Of a stretch of DNA of 55,619 bases, positions 49,397-55,619 are shown piece after piece. Both the position numbers and the translations under genes were made by a program. The notes beneath the pieces were generated by a model. That model was not told where the DNA came from and ran no database searches. It saw only the letters and a program-made list of their open reading frames with translations. How positions within the stretch are numbered: position 1 is the stretch's first letter; each line of letters begins with the position of its first letter. This stretch comes from an uncultured archaeon (lineage in GTDB: Archaea > Asgardarchaeota > Lokiarchaeia > Sigyniarchaeales > SOKP01), in the NCBI GenBank assembly GCA_964632315.1, contig CAZWEM010000025.1:1-55619 (forward strand), read 5' to 3'.

Positions 49397-49621
49397 ATGA
49401 CACGAAAGGGAGGAAAGAGAATCATCCATTTTTATAATCAAAATGGAGAGATTAACAGCGTAATACATTTTTTAGAAGAGATTCAAAAGAAAATCAATTA
49501 TTTAAACCTTAATTGTACCGTAGAGGGAAAAGACATAAAGGTGACAATTTTTGGAACAAGAGACATGCAAATACTAGCTATTGAAAGGTTGAAAGAGTTA
49601 GCAGAACGATTTTTAGCATGA
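49397..49621 (+). CDS. Small hypothetical protein between csl4 and rpoL
   Basis: 74-aa ORF, co-oriented within the cluster. Confidence 0.65.
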   Translation: MTRKGGKRIIHFYNQNGEINSVIHFLEEIQKKINYLNLNCTVEGKDIKVTIFGTRDMQILAIERLKELAERFLA

Positions 49622-49730
49622 GAAAAAGCGGTTTAGTAAGTAAAAAACCCCAACCAAGATTTAGAAACCAAAAAGCATTTATTTTAAGCTAGATTAGTTT
49701 TAATAAGTCTTATTATTAGGTGCAAGCAAT

Positions 49731-50207
49731 ATGGCAAAAAAACCCTCAAAAGAAGAGGAAGAAGAAGACGATTTTGATGAGGATCTTTTTGATGATGGTA
49801 TGGCCGATGAATATCCAAAAGGGAGTGAATCATCGAGCAGTGCAGAATCCTCATTTGGTTTAGATGAATCTGAACCCGAAGAAGAGGAAGAATTTGATCT
49901 TGAGGAACCAGAGGTAAAAAAAGATTATAAGCATCTTAAACTTGAGATTAAGAAGGGTTTGAATGAGAATGATTATGTTTTATTTGTAACAGGTCAATCC
50001 CATGGCTTTTGCAACGCACTTGTAAAACATCTTCTTTCTATAGATGGGGTAGTGTCTTCTGCTTATAGAATTACTGTAATAAAACCTCCTGAAATCTTTA
50101 TTAGGCTTAAAAATGGTTCTAAAATCAATGATGTCTTATTTCAAGCTATTGAAGCTTTGAGGAACGAAGTAAAAGACGTGGAAAAGTTATTTAAAAAACT
50201 CATGTGA
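49731..50207 (+). CDS. rpoL: RNA polymerase subunit L (Rpo11) with an acidic N-terminal extension
   Basis: GQSHGFCNAL..GVVSSAY motif; position downstream of csl4. Confidence 0.8.
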   Translation: MAKKPSKEEEEEDDFDEDLFDDGMADEYPKGSESSSSAESSFGLDESEPEEEEEFDLEEPEVKKDYKHLKLEIKKGLNENDYVLFVTGQSHGFCNALVKHLLSIDGVVSSAYRITVIKPPEIFIRLKNGSKINDVLFQAIEALRNEVKDVEKLFKKLM

Positions 50208-50237
50208 TGAATCGATTGAATAATCTCTCGTGATTCC

Positions 50238-50687
50238 ATGTATGACTTTTTACTGAAAGATCTTAAAAAAGATTTTACCCGAAAAAAGATCGGAACAGAT
50301 AAAGGATTAGCAAAAATTGGAGATGGAGTTGTAAATCTCTCATATTCTTTAGCAAAATCGATTTATCTCACTCAAAATTCAAAAACCAATAACATTATCC
50401 GTACTGGAGTTAAAGTTAGTAAAAATGTACTTGCCGAGGCACTTAAGTTAGCAAATATGAAAGAATTCGCTAAAAACAGGGCTGATGCCCATGATATGGC
50501 TGATACTGTTGAAGCATTAGTTGCTTTTGTATATCTAAATAATTCTGTTAGCATGAATGATATCACAAACCATTTACTCGAGGAATTATCTGGAAATCTC
50601 ATGAATAGACAAGAAGAAATTGAAAGTGCACGTAAAGCTTTTACGAGGCTTCTCAATAAAATGAAACAATATTTACCTCTAAACTAA
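50238..50687 (+). CDS. Archaeal RNase III-like domain protein
   Basis: DKGLAKIGDGVVNL and ADTVEAL motifs. Confidence 0.8.
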   Translation: MYDFLLKDLKKDFTRKKIGTDKGLAKIGDGVVNLSYSLAKSIYLTQNSKTNNIIRTGVKVSKNVLAEALKLANMKEFAKNRADAHDMADTVEALVAFVYLNNSVSMNDITNHLLEELSGNLMNRQEEIESARKAFTRLLNKMKQYLPLN

Positions 50688-50693
50688 ATAGAT

Positions 50694-51179
50694 TTAAAAA
50701 GTGGAAATTTCATATTCTAATATTTCTTTCATTCGTACTCTTAATTCAGGACGGATTGCTGACATGCCATAGGTCTTTAAACCACCTAATTTCTGTTGCA
50801 CTTCTTTAGCGCTTAATGCACCCGGCAGATCTTGCTTATTTGCAATAGCAATTATCTTAGTTCCTAATGTTCGCTCAAATCTGTCATAAATCCGTTTTGT
50901 TTGCTCTACGTTATCTTTTGTTGAATCACAAACAAGCACGGTTAATCCAGCTCCTCGTAAAAAATCTTGCCACATGAACTTGAACCGTTCTTGACCTGCA
51001 AGATCCCAAATTGAGCATTTTCTCCCATTAAGAAGGGACTCCTCAACCTCTAAACCTATCGTCGGATCTCTCTCTTTTAGAACTTCCTTCCCTTGAAGCA
51101 AAGACAAAAGAGAAGATTTCCCTACTCCTCCTTCTCCTACAATACATATCTTACTCTTCGTTGTTTTCAGTAAAACCAT
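50694..51179 (-). CDS. Arf-like small GTPase (ATG at 51179 preferred)
   Basis: GEGGVGKS, PTIG, WDLAGQERF and ANKQDLP motifs. Confidence 0.9.
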   Translation of the reverse strand: MVLLKTTKSKICIVGEGGVGKSSLLSLLQGKEVLKERDPTIGLEVEESLLNGRKCSIWDLAGQERFKFMWQDFLRGAGLTVLVCDSTKDNVEQTKRIYDRFERTLGTKIIAIANKQDLPGALSAKEVQQKLGGLKTYGMSAIRPELRVRMKEILEYEISTF

Positions 51180-51245
51180 CCCTTTCAAGTAAATAATGTC
51201 GTTAATTAGAAAGGGCAAATCGATCTACTAAAATTCAAATATTAT

Positions 51246-51260
51246 TTGCATGTCATGCAA
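51246..51260. promoter_or_regulatory. Palindrome, possible regulator binding site
   Basis: TTGCATG-T-CATGCAA in a divergent intergenic region. Confidence 0.3.
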
Positions 51261-51402
51261 GTATCACTAAGAAAAGGGGGGTTCACCAGTTTATTTTAAA
51301 AAAGTTGGGTAATGTTAAATAATTATTATTTAAATGCACCCATTAGTAGTCATTTAAATTGAACTTCTTTTTCTAAGAATATGAGGTAATACCTCAATTT
51401 TA

Positions 51403-51606
51403 ATGAAAAGAGGAGATGATAATATGGGAGGTTTTGGAAAAAATCTTAAAAAGGGTTTCGCCAAGGTCGCTGGAGGTATCGCTGAGGAACTCACGGGAAG
51501 TGAAGCCGTAGGAAAAGGTGTTAAGAAAGGAGTAAAGAAAGGAAGCGTGAAAAAAGGCCTTAAGAAAACCTATAAAGAAGGGAAAGAGGAATATTTCGAA
51601 GATTAA
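51403..51606 (+). CDS. Small Gly/Lys-rich protein
   Basis: ORF with KKG repeats; AGGAGA precedes a second ATG. Confidence 0.65.
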   Translation: MKRGDDNMGGFGKNLKKGFAKVAGGIAEELTGSEAVGKGVKKGVKKGSVKKGLKKTYKEGKEEYFED

Positions 51607-51959
51607 AAGGATTTTTCAATTCTATATTCGAATTCCGATATCGTGAGTGATATTTAGGTATTGGAGATAAAACTCTATTTTATACATTCTTATCTAATAA
51701 ATCTTCTGAGGAATAACTATTTCTTATCTAAAGGTAAATTAAACAAAAAAGTTTTCACATAGTCTTATTCATTTTAAGACAAGCTAATTCACCTTGTTTT
51801 TAGTATTGGTAAGTTAATTGATTTTCATATTCAACTGAGTAAATACTTAATCCGCTGAAAATAAACATCTTTTATGTACTTTTTAAAGGACTTTACAAAA
51901 ATTTATATAGATACAAGATAATTTATTTAGCAACCAATAGTAGAGACTCCAGAAGCAAA

Positions 51960-53663
51960 ATGAAAAGGAAAGATATTTTATTGTGGATTCTAATAAGTGC
52001 TCTAACAATTTCGATCATAGGAAATGGGGTTCTCATGAATATACTATTCACTATTAACAAAAATCAGACATCAAATACACGAGATCCTTATACGTTCATC
52101 TTAGCTATCTCTAGCTATTATTTTAAGATAATAGATCCTATAGATGTTTATCCTAGTGAAGATGATTCCGATATTATTTTAGATCAGGTAGTAGAAACTT
52201 TATTTACCAATAATTTACGAGATCCAAACTTGCCCCGTATAAATTTATTAGCTGAATCATATTATTGGGAGAATGAAACAAGGCTTCACATCAAGCTTCA
52301 TGAAGGCATTTCATTTCATGATGGTACTCCATTTAATGCTGTGGCAGCAAAGTGGAATTTAGATCGGTTGTTATATCTTACCAATTGTACGGGAACAAAT
52401 CATGGAATAGTTGCTCAAACGCGATCTTTATGGTTAGGACCAGATGGTAAGACGCCCATCATAAATAATACTAAGGTTATTGGAGAGTATAACATCACCA
52501 TCACTTTAAATGTTCCCTACGGTCCTTTCTTGAATACATTAACGTTAATTAATGCTGGAATGATTTCTCCCAGTACACATAAAAGTGATTTCCATTCTTT
52601 CATTGATATTACCGATAAACTGGTGGGAACCGGTCCATTCATGTATAAACATTATATTCCGGGAGTAGAGGTTAAACTTACACGGTGGAATGGGTACCGA
52701 AAGCATGTAGCTTTTTTCCAAACAATTCAATATAAAATTTATGATGATGCTAATACAGCTCAACTAGATTTACTTAGTGATAAGATTGATTTTAGTATCT
52801 TTGAGGGTTGGTATTATTATTGGGATTACAGTAATGTTACCATCAAGCGATTTACTGATGATACCGGTATACCCAGTCTTAATTACTATTATTTAGGTAT
52901 AAACAACAAGAGGTATAATAATACTTGGAGAAAAGTCATTTGCAATGCGATAAACTACTCTTACATAATTGAAGAATTGCGACTTGGAGCTTCACTTCGA
53001 TCGTATGGTCCCATCTCCCCAGGTTTTGGGACAGTTTTCAATGCTTCCGTTCCCTCTTGTTCGATACCGAATAATAGCAATTTAACATTAGCTAGAGAAA
53101 CAATGGTCTCCATGGGCTTTGGAGAGCTTGGATGGACAGATGATCAATGGATAGAGCAAGCAGAAACTGATCCTTTCCTATCTATAGACTATAATTATAA
53201 CCTTGGAAATGCTTTTAGAGAGGATCTCATGGTTGGACTGAAAGAATGGTTAAAACAGATCGGTATTGCTATTATCGATGATGGGGTGTTATGGTCCCAA
53301 TTTTTGGACTATCTAAATAATGATCAAGATTCTCTAGGATTATTTTCCTATGTAGGCAGCCCAGATTATCTCGATCCCTATAATATTCTGCAAAAATTAT
53401 ACGATCCATTATCCTCTTTAAACAGTGCCCAAGTAAATGATACCAACTTGAATGAAATGATGAAGCTTGCTTTAGAAACAACCAATGATGATGCAAGAAA
53501 TATTATTTATAAAAATATCCAAGGCTACATGGCTGAGCAGGGGTACTATAATGCCCCATTATACCAAACAAAAATATTTTATGTTCATTCAGCTGACCTT
53601 CGAAATGTTCCATATAATGCAATGAAAAAGTTCCAAGCTTATGGAATTTGGCGGGTACTCTGA
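51960..53663 (+). CDS. ABC transporter substrate-binding protein (OppA/DppA, family 5)
   Basis: FHDGTPFNA and GTGPF motifs; N-terminal anchor. Confidence 0.9.
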   Translation: MKRKDILLWILISALTISIIGNGVLMNILFTINKNQTSNTRDPYTFILAISSYYFKIIDPIDVYPSEDDSDIILDQVVETLFTNNLRDPNLPRINLLAESYYWENETRLHIKLHEGISFHDGTPFNAVAAKWNLDRLLYLTNCTGTNHGIVAQTRSLWLGPDGKTPIINNTKVIGEYNITITLNVPYGPFLNTLTLINAGMISPSTHKSDFHSFIDITDKLVGTGPFMYKHYIPGVEVKLTRWNGYRKHVAFFQTIQYKIYDDANTAQLDLLSDKIDFSIFEGWYYYWDYSNVTIKRFTDDTGIPSLNYYYLGINNKRYNNTWRKVICNAINYSYIIEELRLGASLRSYGPISPGFGTVFNASVPSCSIPNNSNLTLARETMVSMGFGELGWTDDQWIEQAETDPFLSIDYNYNLGNAFREDLMVGLKEWLKQIGIAIIDDGVLWSQFLDYLNNDQDSLGLFSYVGSPDYLDPYNILQKLYDPLSSLNSAQVNDTNLNEMMKLALETTNDDARNIIYKNIQGYMAEQGYYNAPLYQTKIFYVHSADLRNVPYNAMKKFQAYGIWRVL

Positions 53664-53774
53664 TCTTTAATACACTTCAATCTGATCTTTTCAGAATTAC
53701 AATTTTAAAGGATTAATCATATTATGTTTATTAATCTCTAGTTGTTAATGGGTTAATTTCAATATTGGCTTTAA

Positions 53775-54677
53775 ATGGATATTATGATAGAAGATTCAGC
53801 TTTAATCTTAAAGAAAAGATGTGATAGGGAAGAGAAAATTCCTCCTCAAGAAGTTCAAGAACTCCTTAATCAATCTGACTTGATATCTAAACTTTTGGAA
53901 ACCCCAAACCGGCCTCCCAACACGTATGTAGGGCTCAGAAATTACATGTGGAGATTAGTGGAATTATCTGAAATTCCTTTCACGCATACATTAGAGAAGG
54001 TTCAAGAATGGATAAAACTATTAGTAGAAAAATCTTATATCTCGGAAGGATTCACGTTGGAGGGAAAAAGGGATAACTTACTCGCGTGTCACAGCGCTAT
54101 GATTACCACTATACTAATTAGAATGGAATATGAAGATATGGAAAAAATCAATGCTGGAATAGACTGGATTTTGAAATATCAATCAGTTGAGCGGGGAAAA
54201 GAATGTACTTGGGAAGGAAAAGACCTTTATACCCGATTTGGAGGGTGCATGAAGAAAATTCCTTGTTTTTATGGAGTTGTCAAATCAATGAAGGCACTTT
54301 CAGAATACAATAAACGTTATGGAGGGTCAGAGAAACTGACGAGCAAGTTAAATCAGGGATTAGAATATATTCTCGAACACGATGCGTACAAGAAGTTGTC
54401 TAATGGAAACCCAATTGAAGATTCCATGATACAAAACTTTTATCCCTACACCTATAAATCCAACCTCATTGAAATCTTGGCGCTTCTGAAAGAAAACGAT
54501 TTACTTGAAGATAAAAGATGTCGTGATGCCCTACAAATCTTAAAGAAAAAGCAGCGTTCTGATGGGTTTTGGCAAGCAGATGTGTCCTACATGAAATCAG
54601 CATGGATTGATTTTGATGTACCTAAAAAACCTGGTCCTTGGATAACTCATGTGATAAATCAAGTATTAACGGAATAA
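53775..54677 (+). CDS. Prenyltransferase/terpene-cyclase-like alpha-alpha barrel hypothetical protein
   Basis: WILKYQ and KQRSDGFW QW-type repeats. Confidence 0.6.
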   Translation: MDIMIEDSALILKKRCDREEKIPPQEVQELLNQSDLISKLLETPNRPPNTYVGLRNYMWRLVELSEIPFTHTLEKVQEWIKLLVEKSYISEGFTLEGKRDNLLACHSAMITTILIRMEYEDMEKINAGIDWILKYQSVERGKECTWEGKDLYTRFGGCMKKIPCFYGVVKSMKALSEYNKRYGGSEKLTSKLNQGLEYILEHDAYKKLSNGNPIEDSMIQNFYPYTYKSNLIEILALLKENDLLEDKRCRDALQILKKKQRSDGFWQADVSYMKSAWIDFDVPKKPGPWITHVINQVLTE

Positions 54678-54701
54678 TCTTAATAAAGGGAATACATAAA
54701 T

Positions 54702-55421
54702 TTACAATTTTTCGGCATAAAACCATAACCGTGTTCTAAAATCAGTGGTGATCGGGTGTATTTTAACCTTTGAAAAATGAGCATCTCTCAATGCATTGGT
54801 TAATTCAGATTCTTTCATTAAAAATACTCTGCGCCTTCTTTTTCTGAAGGATACATCTATTTTACCCAAAGTAGAGCCAAAGAAGATCCCATTGTTTTTA
54901 AGAACTGCAAATGCATGGTTAAGATATGCTTTTACATTTTCAAATTTTGATAAAACATGTAAATTGCTACCTGAATATACAATATTAAAAGACGAATCTT
55001 CAAAGGGAAATTCTTTCGATACAACAAATCTATCCTTTATCTCTTCTTTATCCAAATAAAAGTCGAACCCAATTTTTATATTTCCCCAGTCTAAATCGTA
55101 GCCAGTAATGTTCTTTTTAGGAAATCCATCCTTGATCAATGCGCGTATATCATCCCCGGTTCCACATCCATAATCCAGCAAAGTCCCTTCATATTTCAAA
55201 ATGTCTGAATAAGCAAAATGCGAACGATTATTGGGTCGACCGATTCTTTGCACAATTCTGGGGTATCTGATTTGTATTTTTGCATATTTTTCGATTAATT
55301 GTTCTAAATAATTATCTGGATATACTATGCCTTGCGATTTAAGCCTTCCAAGGATTTTGTCAAAATCAGAAGGAATATCAAAATGGAAGACTGAATCAGT
55401 TTCATTGTGAATTTTTATCAC
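54702..55421 (-). CDS. Class I SAM-dependent methyltransferase
   Basis: LLDYGCGTG, FPFEDSSF and LKNNG motifs. Confidence 0.9.
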   Translation of the reverse strand: MIKIHNETDSVFHFDIPSDFDKILGRLKSQGIVYPDNYLEQLIEKYAKIQIRYPRIVQRIGRPNNRSHFAYSDILKYEGTLLDYGCGTGDDIRALIKDGFPKKNITGYDLDWGNIKIGFDFYLDKEEIKDRFVVSKEFPFEDSSFNIVYSGSNLHVLSKFENVKAYLNHAFAVLKNNGIFFGSTLGKIDVSFRKRRRRVFLMKESELTNALRDAHFSKVKIHPITTDFRTRLWFYAEKL

Positions 55422-55582
55422 CTTATTAGATTAGAGTCCAGCATGCTAAATAATCTTTCCTCGTACTGAGTCTTTCTGAATTGGATAAGTTCTTAATTAT
55501 ACTAATCCATTAAATTTATAATAAACTTGAAAAAATAAGATGAATTTGACAAATAAAAAGAACAAAAAAAATAATTTTACAC

Positions 55583-55619
55583 TTACTCGGGCACTATGTC
55601 TTTAACTATGCCGACTGCG
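55583..55619 (-). CDS. C-terminal end of a gene entering from the right (AVGIVKDIVPE*), reminiscent of the EF-1alpha C-terminus
   Basis: Only 12 codons are visible. Confidence 0.35.
   Translation of the reverse strand, partial: AVGIVKDIVPE

Noticed and set aside
1-55619. tRNA or rRNA genes
   Set aside because: No cloverleaf or rRNA-like GC-rich segment was recognised in the short intergenic regions by eye.

Overview
AT-rich archaeal chromosomal segment, most likely from an Asgard archaeon (Lokiarchaeia-like). This is inferred from several Rab/Arf/Rag-like small GTPases, an STT3-like AglB, a divergent EF-2 paralog, and TFB, aIF5B, RFC-S, Csl4, RpoL, Taw1, the CCA-adding enzyme and UvrA/B. 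The main result is that protein-coding genes here contain short introns bounded by bulge-helix-bulge (BHB) motifs, the substrate of the archaeal tRNA-splicing endonuclease. The acetyl-CoA synthetase gene (minus strand, 1759 to <1) has six such introns (32, 42, 30, 30, 30, 30 nt) within about 700 nt, and the EF-2-family gene has one (30 nt). In all seven, cutting at the canonical BHB position (after the 2nd nt of each 3-nt bulge) restores the reading frame and the conserved protein motif. Three of them carry a frameshift or stop codons, so splicing would be obligatory. A further BHB-shaped element lies upstream of acs, next to one copy of a 68-bp direct repeat. All folds and splice sites were derived by hand; no RNA data or database searches were available.
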